The notes beneath the pieces are model-generated. The model ran no database searches and was not told the DNA's origin. It saw only the letters and a program-made list of their open reading frames with translations. Source: an uncultured Candidatus Saccharibacteria bacterium (GTDB lineage: Bacteria > Patescibacteriota > JABMPQ01 > JAQVVF01). Taken from it: 64,000 bases of DNA. The position numbers and the translations under genes are program-made. Below are positions 1 through 9,280 of this stretch, piece by piece (position 1 is the stretch's first letter; every line of letters starts with the position of its first letter). The stretch is taken from contig CAZNOH010000004.1 in assembly GCA_964574655.1 (NCBI GenBank), forward strand, positions 66,046 through 130,045. The letters run 5' to 3'.

Positions 1-20
1 GAAATTGTAAATTTAAAATT

Positions 21-878
21 TCAGTATTCCAGCATCTGTCCTTGGCTGTAGATATCTAAAAATGGCTGAGAATTATAAGGATTGACATAAGATTCAACGA
101 CTATCTTCGGATTTTTGACATTTAAATTTTTGCGCCAGAAAACTGTAAAATCTCTTCTTTGATTTGGGGTAAGGTCATTAATAGTTGTGAAATTATAACC
201 GACTAAACTGTTTTGTCCATCGTAAACTAGGACATTGATAATAATTTCATTAAAACCAAAAGATGTTTGATTGACAATCGTGCCAGTGACCTTGCTTTTA
301 TTGTCAATGACTTGATAGGCTAAATTTTCATTTACAAAATTCAAGACTGGCGGCTTGGTCAGTTTTTGGACTTCTTTTATTTCTAAATTTGTTGAAGCTG
401 TCGCTGCTTTTCCTGTAGTATCAATGCCAAGCTCAATAATTGATTTTTCTTGATTAGGCAAGATAAATGTTGTGCCAGCGCGTTCTCCGACAACGCTTTT
501 ATCCGAACCTTTCAAAGAAATCGTATAATCTAATTTTGCAACTCCCCAATTCTGATCAGAATCTACTACTTTAAGAAAGGCATCATATTTATTAGCACTT
601 TCTGGAAGAATATCAACTTGTTTGGTTGTAATTGCAAATCCAGCAGGAGGCGCATCAACAACGACCTGATTAACTGGTTGATTTTCGATAGGATTATAAT
701 AACGGTAAACAAGAAAACTAACAGTTGCTAAAACTGCGAGAACAACAACGACTATTATTGCAATCATTACCAGCTTCTGATATTTTAAGATCCTTCTTTT
801 TCGATCAAACTCCTTTGATACTTGTTGCTGTTCATATTTAATATAATCTTCACGCGATACTTGTTTTTTGTTGTCCAT
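21..878 (-). CDS. hypothetical membrane-anchored protein (single N-terminal TM helix)
   Basis: 285-aa ORF with a hydrophobic helix near the N-terminus; ATG start; TGA stop at 21-23. Confidence 0.5.
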   Translation of the reverse strand: MDNKKQVSREDYIKYEQQQVSKEFDRKRRILKYQKLVMIAIIVVVVLAVLATVSFLVYRYYNPIENQPVNQVVVDAPPAGFAITTKQVDILPESANKYDAFLKVVDSDQNWGVAKLDYTISLKGSDKSVVGERAGTTFILPNQEKSIIELGIDTTGKAATASTNLEIKEVQKLTKPPVLNFVNENLAYQVIDNKSKVTGTIVNQTSFGFNEIIINVLVYDGQNSLVGYNFTTINDLTPNQRRDFTVFWRKNLNVKNPKIVVESYVNPYNSQPFLDIYSQGQMLEY

Positions 879-945
879 ATATTTGTTTTAATTTGTTTTA
901 CTATTTGAATTTATCATAAATAAACTAAATTGTTAAATCACTATA

Positions 946-1014
946 ATTGCTACATTGTTAAATTGATAAATTGTTAACAGTTTTAGACGCTTAACAATTT
1001 AGCAATGTAGCAAT
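946..1014. promoter_or_regulatory. 20-bp near-perfect inverted repeat and TTGTTAA/TTAACAA boxes in a divergent intergenic region
   Basis: attgctacattgttaaattg (946-965) matches the reverse complement of caatttagcaatgtagcaat (995-1014) with one mismatch; a central ttgttaac palindrome. Confidence 0.5.
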
Positions 1015-1111
1015 AGAACAATTGTGGTTATCAACACTTGTTGCCTACATTATTTAATGTTATTATAAAAATGATAATAAATATTTTTAAAAAAAATTAA
1101 CAATTAAAACC

Positions 1112-1417
1112 ATGTTAGAAACAAGCAACGATGTTTTGCTTATTGCATCAAGCATTGCGATTTTGACATTTACTGGATTTTTATGCCATCTGGTATTTAA
1201 TGTGACAAAGATTGTCCAAGAATCAAAAAAGACTGTTGAAGATGTCAACAAAAAATTAAACGAGATTGATCCAATGGTAAGAGATCTAACAACAACTGTG
1301 AATGGCCTGACAACTACGATTCAAGATATCAATAATAATATTCTAAAACCGATTGCTTCTATTTCTCAAGTTTTTAAAAAGGTCAAAAATATTATGGGAG
1401 CTTTCAAGAAAGAATAG
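1112..1417 (+). CDS. small membrane protein, DUF948-like
   Basis: 101 aa with an N-terminal TM helix followed by a charged coiled region; similarity is judged by eye only. Confidence 0.4.
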   Translation: MLETSNDVLLIASSIAILTFTGFLCHLVFNVTKIVQESKKTVEDVNKKLNEIDPMVRDLTTTVNGLTTTIQDINNNILKPIASISQVFKKVKNIMGAFKKE

Positions 1418-1426
1418 GAAAAAATA

Positions 1427-1878
1427 CTAAAATCTAAACTCTAAATCCTAAATAAATTCAAAATTTAAAATGACAAATCTTACAAAGTATGATTTGGAAG
1501 AAAGAACTTTGAATTTTGCTAAATCGACTAGAGATTTTGTCAAAAAGATACCTTTGACTATTACTAATATTGAGGACGGAAAACAATTAATCAGATCATC
1601 TGGCTCAGTAGGAGCTAATTATATTGAGGCAAACGAATCGTTAAGTAAAAAAGATTACTATCATCGGGTCAGAATCTGCCGCAAAGAAGCAAAAGAAAGT
1701 AAATATTGGTTAAAACTTTTATTTTTAGGTCAGGATTTATCATCGCAAAATGAAAGGGAAAGATTAATACAAGAATCTTTTAAATTAACTAGGATTTTTG
1801 GGGCAATTCTGACACAAGGAAAATAATATTTTAATTTTGAGTTTTTAATTTATTTAGGATTTAGAGTTTAGATTTTAG
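1427..1878. repeat. 32-bp perfect inverted repeat pair flanking the four-helix-bundle gene
   Basis: ctaaaatctaaactctaaatcctaaataaatt (1427-1458) is the exact reverse complement of aatttatttaggatttagagtttagattttag (1847-1878). Confidence 0.85.
1470..1826 (+). CDS. four-helix-bundle protein of the 23S rRNA intervening-sequence protein family
   Basis: 118 aa with characteristic family motifs (LIRSSGSVGANYIEA...RICRKEAKESKYWL); flanked by a 32-bp perfect inverted repeat. Confidence 0.8.
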   Translation: MTNLTKYDLEERTLNFAKSTRDFVKKIPLTITNIEDGKQLIRSSGSVGANYIEANESLSKKDYYHRVRICRKEAKESKYWLKLLFLGQDLSSQNERERLIQESFKLTRIFGAILTQGK

Positions 1879-1903
1879 AATTTATATAATTAACACAAAC
1901 ATT

Positions 1904-2203
1904 ATGTCATGCAATAATTGCAGTGGGGGCAGTTTTGTAGGAGGAATTATCTTGGGTGCAGTAATTGGTGCTGCATTAGGAATTTTATATGCGCCAAAAG
2001 CTGGAGAAGAAACAAGAGAAGACTTAAAGAAAAAAGCTAATGAATGGAAGACTGCTGGCTTAAAAAAAGCAGACGAATTAAAACAAGCTGGCATGAAAAA
2101 AGCGCAAGAAATTTCAGAGCAGACAAAAACAGGCGTTACAGAATTCAAAAGAAGAGCAAGACGCGTTGTTAAGGAAATAAAGAGTCCAGTAGAAAATGTC
2201 TAA
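1904..2203 (+). CDS. YtxH-like small membrane protein
   Basis: N-terminal Gly-rich TM segment (GGIILGAVIGAALGILYAPKAGEETREDLKKKA) followed by a K/A/E-rich helix. Confidence 0.65.
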   Translation: MSCNNCSGGSFVGGIILGAVIGAALGILYAPKAGEETREDLKKKANEWKTAGLKKADELKQAGMKKAQEISEQTKTGVTEFKRRARRVVKEIKSPVENV

Positions 2204-2233
2204 TTCTTTATTAATTTAGATAAAATTTTAATC

Positions 2234-2266
2234 TACCTACGTCCCTCGGGACTCCGGTAGACAAGA
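2234..2266 (-). repeat. family-A GC-rich palindromic element (copy a)
   Basis: cttgtctaccggagtcccgagggacgtaggtag read on the minus strand; shares the ttgtcc.ccggag...gacgaagg core with seven other copies. Confidence 0.6.
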
Positions 2267-2377
2267 AGTTTGTGCTAATTCCTACAAGTCGTCTTAAAAA
2301 AGAGGTTCAGAAATTGTCCTAGTTTATGATATTAATCACAAACTTTTATTTGTAAATGTTTATTTTTGACATATTTT

Positions 2378-2388
2378 TGTGTTATAAT
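2378..2388 (+). promoter_or_regulatory. extended -10 promoter element (TGtTATAAT) upstream of the first giant surface-protein gene
   Basis: tgttataat lies 30 nt upstream of the ATG at 2419. Confidence 0.3.
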
Positions 2389-2418
2389 TTAAATTAGTTA
2401 TTAAAATTAATTAATATA

Positions 2419-5304
2419 ATGGAAAACAAAAATAAAACTAATAATAATAAGAAAAAAAATATGAATAATGCAGAAACTAAAACAAAGGTTTCAAGCAGAT
2501 CCCGAGTTGTTGTCGGATTAGTCACTGCTCTAGTTGTTGCAACTGCAATAGGCTCAGCAATTTTCTTTGCCGGTGTTGTACCGCCTGCTGGATGCCAGAA
2601 ACAGGATGATGATACATACAAATGCGACTTTTCTGAAGCCTTTACTAATAATTCAAATATTGACAAAGACAAAACTGACGATTGGATGCAAATAGATGAG
2701 GGACATCTTGTTTTAAATCCCTCTGAACAAATTAAATTAAGAAAAGGACAGGAATTTTCAGATGACGATAAGCCAGCTCAGCAAATATGCGGAACTTTTT
2801 GCACTTTTGGAGAATGCACTGATCAAATTTCTATAGCGCAAATGAGCAGAATAGTATTAGGACCACTCAAAAAAAATAATCAAAATACACCTGATGCTTC
2901 CTTGAATTTTGTTGATGCGCGTTTAGGAAAAAATTCTAGCTTGCCTTATGAATTAAATACAGAGTTTTTTAGACCGAATGGAAATCCAAATGATATTGGC
3001 ATGGCAATATTTGATTCTTCTAATCCAGATTCAGCAATTGTTTATAACGACTTTTTTGGTTCAAGCAAACCTTCAATACTCCCAATTTCACCAGGTGGCA
3101 GAACTGAACTTCGAGCAAATACATGCGGTCAAACAAGAGAAACTTATTTTTTGCCTGTTGATTCAGAAGGTTTTTCTGATTTTAATCCAGTTAACCAAGC
3201 ATTTGATACTCGTTTTATACAAGGAGCTACTGTTTCAAAAGATGTTTCTACTAATTTAAACGATAAATATAATATTACATCTGCTGATTTTAATCCACAG
3301 ATTGCAAACTTAGATGGAGTCATTTTTGGCGCTCAAAAAATTAGAGGAATGGTTTTGATTCTTGCTTCAAACAATAACGGAAATACTTGGTATATACCTT
3401 CTGAATATTCAATTGACCAAGGCCAGACTTGGAAACAGGTTGGCAAAGAAGACTTTTTTATAGATAGGTTAGCTGATAAAAGATATAGATTTAATTTTAC
3501 AAACTCAGAAGGCCATAATTTAAAATGGGCTGCTGTTATACAATCTGATGATAATAATTTGCATGAACAAAGAGAAATAAACGCCGGAGATAGATTCGAA
3601 AATCTTGGTGGAATGCTTGAAGCTGGTGGAGGTGCAGATGATTTTGATATTGGAATGACAAACTCCGAAATATTTGACATAAACACAAATACGCATGTTA
3701 ATCCGATGACTGAAAAACAATTGATTGCTGGCGGTATTATGACTGCTGGACAAGCTGGAAACAAAACCTATTATTTTATGAATCGTGCTTATTGGCCAAA
3801 TTACAGCGATGCTGCGATTCAAGCGTCACAAAATTTTAATGAAAATAATGTAATAATTGAATCTTTGACTCCAGAAATAGTTCAGGTTTTTGATGCTTCA
3901 AAAGGGAATAAAACAATTGTTGGTGGTTCTGAAGATGGCGCGAACAATGATCAGTTTAATGTTGTAGATGTTGTCATTGGTGGAATTAAACCAGGTTATG
4001 GAAAATTAAAAGTAAGTTTTTTAGGGCCTGCTGGTGGTGATGCGCGAAGAATTATTTCAGAAAAGGAATTTGGATTTCTTGTCCTCCCTCAAGCTTATTT
4101 GAATCTTGATAAATTAGATATTTCTTATACAGCAGTGAAGACTGATGAAGTTCCTGACACTGGCGGAGATGTAAATGATCCAGGCGTACAAAATCAAGGA
4201 ATTGGCGCGTCAACTTATATTTACAGAGGTCATAATAGAGTAATTGTAAAATTAGCAGGAGCTAATGATGAAACAAAAAATCAATTAAAAAGCTCTTTTG
4301 ATGCCAAGACTTTGAAATTTAATTATGGAACTGACAAAAATAATTTAGATAAAACTGCTAAAGTATATTTTGATACTAAAGATTCAAAATATTATGCAGT
4401 ATTGAGAGATCTAAAAGGCGGAGAAAAAGATGGCTACAATAAAGACGGATTTAGTGACGGAAGAATGCAATATTATTATCAATTCAAGGCCGGAAATAGC
4501 GATATTTTTCTAGATGCAGAAAAACAGAATACTGTTGGCGATTTCAAAACATTAAATAGAAAAAGAACAGTCCTTTATTATTATAATTGGATCTTTGATC
4601 GGAAATATGATTTAAACAAAGATTATGCTTGGGCAGATGTCCAAGATGGCGGTGTAAATTTCTGGTATGACACAAATATCACTTTGCCTGGCATTAGATT
4701 CATGATGCTGAATGACAGAAGATACAAAGAATTTAATACTTATTTGAATAAGAAAAAAACAACAAAGAAATTAGTAGCCTGGCTATACAAAAAAGGCTTA
4801 GATAGAATCTATGATGACAATCTCTATAAATTTGCTGATGATAATGGCGTAAATTATTGGTATCGACAGATGACAAAGATTAGGAAAAAAGACAGAATTT
4901 CTAAAGAAGGCGCAAAGTTTGCAATTTCAGCAAGTACGGAAGCTCGAAATCAATTGCAAGAATTATTTAATTCTAAAAATGAAGCAAACGCAGAATTTTC
5001 TTATAATGTTGTTTTGAAACGTGGCGGTGATCAAGGCGGTGTTGATTATTTGATTGATACTTTCAAGGATTCTCAAAAAAGAATGCGTGAAGATTTGGCA
5101 AATAGTTTTGAATATAATAATAGATTAGAGACTATTGAAAAAGAAGGTGGCAGAAAATCAGCAATTGCCGAATTGTACGAAACATTATATGCAAGACCTG
5201 CTGATGTTTCTGGAGTTGATTATTGGGCAGAATCAAATCAAACAATTCCTCAAATCAAAGAAGATTTCTTGAAGAGCAATGAATTCATTAACGTCTTAAA
5301 ATAA
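2419..5304 (+). CDS. large membrane-anchored surface protein with C-terminal DUF4214-like repeats
   Basis: 961 aa; K/N-rich N-terminus then a TM helix; C-terminal repeats of the form LY..L.R.AD..G..YW...........F..S.EF; paralogue of the next gene. Confidence 0.6.
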   Translation: MENKNKTNNNKKKNMNNAETKTKVSSRSRVVVGLVTALVVATAIGSAIFFAGVVPPAGCQKQDDDTYKCDFSEAFTNNSNIDKDKTDDWMQIDEGHLVLNPSEQIKLRKGQEFSDDDKPAQQICGTFCTFGECTDQISIAQMSRIVLGPLKKNNQNTPDASLNFVDARLGKNSSLPYELNTEFFRPNGNPNDIGMAIFDSSNPDSAIVYNDFFGSSKPSILPISPGGRTELRANTCGQTRETYFLPVDSEGFSDFNPVNQAFDTRFIQGATVSKDVSTNLNDKYNITSADFNPQIANLDGVIFGAQKIRGMVLILASNNNGNTWYIPSEYSIDQGQTWKQVGKEDFFIDRLADKRYRFNFTNSEGHNLKWAAVIQSDDNNLHEQREINAGDRFENLGGMLEAGGGADDFDIGMTNSEIFDINTNTHVNPMTEKQLIAGGIMTAGQAGNKTYYFMNRAYWPNYSDAAIQASQNFNENNVIIESLTPEIVQVFDASKGNKTIVGGSEDGANNDQFNVVDVVIGGIKPGYGKLKVSFLGPAGGDARRIISEKEFGFLVLPQAYLNLDKLDISYTAVKTDEVPDTGGDVNDPGVQNQGIGASTYIYRGHNRVIVKLAGANDETKNQLKSSFDAKTLKFNYGTDKNNLDKTAKVYFDTKDSKYYAVLRDLKGGEKDGYNKDGFSDGRMQYYYQFKAGNSDIFLDAEKQNTVGDFKTLNRKRTVLYYYNWIFDRKYDLNKDYAWADVQDGGVNFWYDTNITLPGIRFMMLNDRRYKEFNTYLNKKKTTKKLVAWLYKKGLDRIYDDNLYKFADDNGVNYWYRQMTKIRKKDRISKEGAKFAISASTEARNQLQELFNSKNEANAEFSYNVVLKRGGDQGGVDYLIDTFKDSQKRMREDLANSFEYNNRLETIEKEGGRKSAIAELYETLYARPADVSGVDYWAESNQTIPQIKEDFLKSNEFINVLK

Positions 5305-5311
5305 AAACAAA

Positions 5312-8122
5312 ATGACCCTAAAAAAGATTTCTAAAAACGGTCAGAACAATAAAAAGAAAAATATGAATAATCAAGGAAAATTAGCTACGCAAACGAAAAC
5401 AAGAAGCAAGACAAAAATAATAACTGGAATCGTTATTGCTGTATTAGTGATAGTTGGATTGGGAACGGCAATCTTTTTTGCTGTAAATCCTGCTCAGACA
5501 AAAATCATAAATTTTTCAGACGAATTTCAGAATGCTGATAATCTTGTTTTAGAAGACGGAATAGCGATAAATGCGGATCAAGCAAATCTTTATACATCAG
5601 ATGCGAATTTTAGGAGACAACTTATCAGCGAAGACACAAATTTTATTTGTCCTGGCGATTTGAAGGACAAGATTGCAACAATCGAGGTAACTGGCAAACA
5701 CGCATATTCTTCTGAAGAATTAAAGCCAGATTTAGAAAATGATGTGTACCGTGAAAAACTTGGCGTGAAAATTAATGGTCAAGAGATTAATACTGATTCA
5801 AATACTGCCGAAGATATTCAATTAGTTAATTATTTTCATAATTTTCCAAATGTAAAATGGTCTCATCTTTTGCGATGGCAATCAACAAATCCCAGCACAA
5901 TGCTTGTTTTGAATAATGGCACAATAATTCCGGTATCTAAAGGAGAAACAAACATAAAAGTGGCAATCTGTGGTATTGTCAGCGAAGAAGATTTCAGCAT
6001 AAATTTAGGAGCTGATGAGGCTGAAATGCTGGTATTCAACAACATTACAGCTCTTAGTGGAATCGGAACAGCAATAAGTCTTTTTCAGGATAAATTTACT
6101 AATCATATTCTTGTTTCAAAAGAAATAACTAGTTTAGACGATAAATTCCTAGTAGCGGATAATATGGCGATAAATAAAATAGAAGGCAAGCTTTATACTA
6201 ATTTTGATAATGGAAAAAATATAAAACTTTTGTTCAGTTTTGACAATGGAGATACTTGGACATTAATTGATAATTTGATACTGCATCAAGAACAGAATTT
6301 GCTTGCTCCAGAAAAATACTTAAGTTTTTCTCAAGATATCTCTCAGGAAAATGCTCGCCATCTTCGCTGGATGGTTATTTATGAATTTAATGAAAACATG
6401 GGCGAACTTAATGATCAGCTGGATACTTCCCCATTATTGAGTGTTTTACAAGGTCTTGTAACTCCGATTTCTGGAATAGAAGTTGCAGGACAAAATAAAA
6501 AAGCAATTTTTGTCGGACCAAACAACAGCACGCAATTAAATATTGGATTACCAGCGAATGAAATTGGTAATCGCGTAGTTGCCTATTCACATCATTTAAT
6601 TAGAAATACTTCTGGAGATGGGACGCAATTTCCAACATTATTAGCAAATAATCCTGGCATCACCAATTTCCAGCAAGGATATCCTTTGGGTTTGATTAAT
6701 TCTTTTGAAGCGGCGACGATTGTTGCATTGCCAGGCAATTTAGAAATTTTAAAAATAGATTTATCAGCAACAGCTGAAGCAAAAGCAGGATGCTCTGAAG
6801 GGCAAGAATTAGTAGCTGGCAAATGCACAATTCCTTTGCCTCCGAATGGAGGAGACGCTGAACAATGCAATGATGATTTTAGATGTCCAGAAGGACAGCT
6901 CAGGCAAAGTTGCTTGAAAGAATGCTTGGGGCCGGAACCGTTGATTTGCAACAAAAGTGAAATTTTGATCAAAGATAATTGCCAGAGTGTCTTGCATAGT
7001 GAAACTGATTCTGCTCTAATGGTAAATCCAAGAATTATATACAGAGGAGACGACAGAGTTATCATATTTTGGAAAGTTGGCAAAGATGAATATAAAAACA
7101 AAGAATTACAGTTTAAATATGGAACATTTGATCCAAATAATTTGCAAAAAGATGCGGATAACAAAGTTATTTTGGAAGATTTCAATAATGCAACAGTTCA
7201 TTATAATGAAGAAGAAGACTACTATTATGCAGTCTTAAAAAATCTGAAAGGCGGAGAATTAGTTGATAAAAATGATGCTGGCTTTATAGATGGCCGAAAA
7301 CCTTATGCATTTCAAATCAGCTTAGGAGAAAATTATGCCCGACCAACAGCATTTAAAACTTTAAACAGATTTCAGACAATTCTTTACTATTATAATCTGG
7401 TATTGAGCGAGAATTTTAATTTAGAAAATTATGAACAGGTTGATGATTCGTTAAGAGGAGGCGGTTCTGCATTCTATTATAAGCCTGAAGGGCAAGAGCC
7501 TCTGAGCTTGAGAGGCGTGCATTTTACATTGCTAAATGACAGACAATACGAGGAGTTTAATAACCGAATCAGTGCAACAGCAAAGAAATACGGCAATAAA
7601 AAAACAGTGGAAGAATTATACAAACGTGTTCATGACAGAATTTATGATGATAATTTGGGCATGACTTTTGATAAAGCAGGCGTTGATTATTGGACTAAAC
7701 AAGTTGAAAGAAAAGATGATAACAGAATTGATATTTTGGGCGCGAAATTTGCAATTTCGGTCAGTCCTGAGGCAACTGGTGATATTTCAAAAATGGCGTT
7801 GAATGAACAAAAAGTAGCAAAAGCTGACTTATCCTATGAAGTTGTGCTAAGACGCGGTGGTGATCAAAAAGGCATTGAAAATCTAATGACGCTAGCAAAT
7901 ACAAAAGAAATGAGACAAAAGCTGGCGATGAGCAGAGAATACGATGATCGATTAAATTCTATCAGTGACAGAAGAGCGCAAATTGAAGAATTATACGAAA
8001 CTTTATATGCCAGAGCTGCTGATGTCGCTGGAGTGGATTATTGGGATAATACTGGAGAGTCAATACAAGAGATAAAGCGAGAATTCTTAAACAGCGCAGA
8101 CTTTTCTAGGATAACACAATAA
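5312..8122 (+). CDS. large membrane-anchored surface protein with DUF4214-like repeats and a Cys-rich module (paralogue of 2419..5304)
   Basis: 936 aa; shares N-terminal KKKNMNN...TM and C-terminal ELYETLYAR.ADV.GVDYW motifs with the upstream gene; Cys-rich stretch near aa 490-560. Confidence 0.6.
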   Translation: MTLKKISKNGQNNKKKNMNNQGKLATQTKTRSKTKIITGIVIAVLVIVGLGTAIFFAVNPAQTKIINFSDEFQNADNLVLEDGIAINADQANLYTSDANFRRQLISEDTNFICPGDLKDKIATIEVTGKHAYSSEELKPDLENDVYREKLGVKINGQEINTDSNTAEDIQLVNYFHNFPNVKWSHLLRWQSTNPSTMLVLNNGTIIPVSKGETNIKVAICGIVSEEDFSINLGADEAEMLVFNNITALSGIGTAISLFQDKFTNHILVSKEITSLDDKFLVADNMAINKIEGKLYTNFDNGKNIKLLFSFDNGDTWTLIDNLILHQEQNLLAPEKYLSFSQDISQENARHLRWMVIYEFNENMGELNDQLDTSPLLSVLQGLVTPISGIEVAGQNKKAIFVGPNNSTQLNIGLPANEIGNRVVAYSHHLIRNTSGDGTQFPTLLANNPGITNFQQGYPLGLINSFEAATIVALPGNLEILKIDLSATAEAKAGCSEGQELVAGKCTIPLPPNGGDAEQCNDDFRCPEGQLRQSCLKECLGPEPLICNKSEILIKDNCQSVLHSETDSALMVNPRIIYRGDDRVIIFWKVGKDEYKNKELQFKYGTFDPNNLQKDADNKVILEDFNNATVHYNEEEDYYYAVLKNLKGGELVDKNDAGFIDGRKPYAFQISLGENYARPTAFKTLNRFQTILYYYNLVLSENFNLENYEQVDDSLRGGGSAFYYKPEGQEPLSLRGVHFTLLNDRQYEEFNNRISATAKKYGNKKTVEELYKRVHDRIYDDNLGMTFDKAGVDYWTKQVERKDDNRIDILGAKFAISVSPEATGDISKMALNEQKVAKADLSYEVVLRRGGDQKGIENLMTLANTKEMRQKLAMSREYDDRLNSISDRRAQIEELYETLYARAADVAGVDYWDNTGESIQEIKREFLNSADFSRITQ

Positions 8123-8127
8123 GATTT

Positions 8128-8163
8128 TAAAAAAGCGGATCTTCATGATCCGCTTTTTTTTTG
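8128..8163 (+). terminator. rho-independent terminator
   Basis: Perfect 8-bp stem agcggatc/gatccgct with a 5-nt loop followed by a run of about 10 T. Confidence 0.8.
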
Positions 8164-8209
8164 TTTGAATTTGGCTTTGTTTTATTATATAATGATTTGA
8201 AGGATATTA

Positions 8210-8833
8210 TTGTATTTAAAGCTAAAAATGGCAGAAAAAAATAAAGAATTATCATGGGAAAGAGTGGAAAAATATCTGGCTGAAAAAACTGATACTGGAA
8301 ATATGATGGCACTGATTGAAACAGAAAAGCTTTTTAAAGATGCAGTAGCTGATTTTGATTTACCAGGCGATGACTTAGAAAGGCAGATAACTGCTCTAAG
8401 CTTTGTTTTTACAGATATAAGCGATTTGCATAAAACAAGATCTTTATGCAAAAAAATAACTGAAAAAACAAATTTTTCGCTGACAAAGATTGAAACAATT
8501 CGTAATCTAGAAATTTATTATCAAGCAATATCGGATCTAAAAGATTTTAGAAAGAAAAAAATATCTTCGTTCAAAAAAATAAAGATGTACTTACAAACTT
8601 TCTTGCCACAGCCAAAGATTTTTATTAGAAAATTCGTTTTAATTTTTTTGATCTTTTTTCTAGCCATTTTTTTATTAGATGCAACAAGCTTCGGAAGAAT
8701 GGTTGTTGATCTTTTTGTCTCGTTATCTCATTTAATTTTCAGCTGGGTATTATTTATTATTCTATTAATTGCTGGCATTGCAATATTAGTTGTTGGAACT
8801 ATATATTATTTTCAAGGCAGGAGAAATCACTAA
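8210..8833 (+). CDS. hypothetical protein with C-terminal TM helices
   Basis: ORF of 207 aa; a likely alternative start is the ATG at 8228 (MAEKNK...); two or three C-terminal hydrophobic helices. Confidence 0.4.
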   Translation: MYLKLKMAEKNKELSWERVEKYLAEKTDTGNMMALIETEKLFKDAVADFDLPGDDLERQITALSFVFTDISDLHKTRSLCKKITEKTNFSLTKIETIRNLEIYYQAISDLKDFRKKKISSFKKIKMYLQTFLPQPKIFIRKFVLIFLIFFLAIFLLDATSFGRMVVDLFVSLSHLIFSWVLFIILLIAGIAILVVGTIYYFQGRRNH

Positions 8834-8834
8834 T

Positions 8835-9236
8835 ATGCACAAATTTCCCACAAATTCCACAAACATGGATAGAGTTCTCTTCCCTCAATTAAGTTACCAA
8901 ATTATGGGGATTTTATTTGAAATAAATAGTAAATTGGGGACTAAATACAAAGAAATAAATTATGGCAATGCTTTAGAAATCAAATTAAAACATCTTAAAA
9001 TTCCGTACGAAAGGGAGAAGCCAGTTAAGGTTTATTTTGAAAACGAAAAGTTAGGTGATTTCTATTTAGACTTTGTAATAAATAATCAAATAATCGTTGA
9101 GTTAAAAAAAGTTTGGTCAATATCTTTTGATGATATTAAACAAGTCCTGCGTTATTTAGAAGCAACAAATTTAAAGTTAGCAATAATAGCAAATTTTAAA
9201 CACAAAAGTTTACAATACAGAAGAGTTTCGCGATAA
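8835..9236 (+). CDS. GxxExxY family protein (PD-(D/E)xK fold)
   Basis: The ATG at 8835 gives a protein of about 133 aa with the family signature (NYGNALEIKL...VELKKV); lies immediately upstream of dnaE. Confidence 0.7.
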   Translation: MHKFPTNSTNMDRVLFPQLSYQIMGILFEINSKLGTKYKEINYGNALEIKLKHLKIPYEREKPVKVYFENEKLGDFYLDFVINNQIIVELKKVWSISFDDIKQVLRYLEATNLKLAIIANFKHKSLQYRRVSR

Positions 9237-9280
9237 ATTGTTTGTGCAATTTGTGATTAATTTGTGTTAATTCGCGATTT

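Noticed and set aside
2394-7185. Multiple antisense ORFs (2394..2672, 3333..3764, 3520..3822, 5863..6045, 6408..6590, 6592..7185, 6809..6997) inside the two giant genes
   Set aside because: They overlap long, motif-rich sense ORFs and are low-complexity, typical shadow ORFs.
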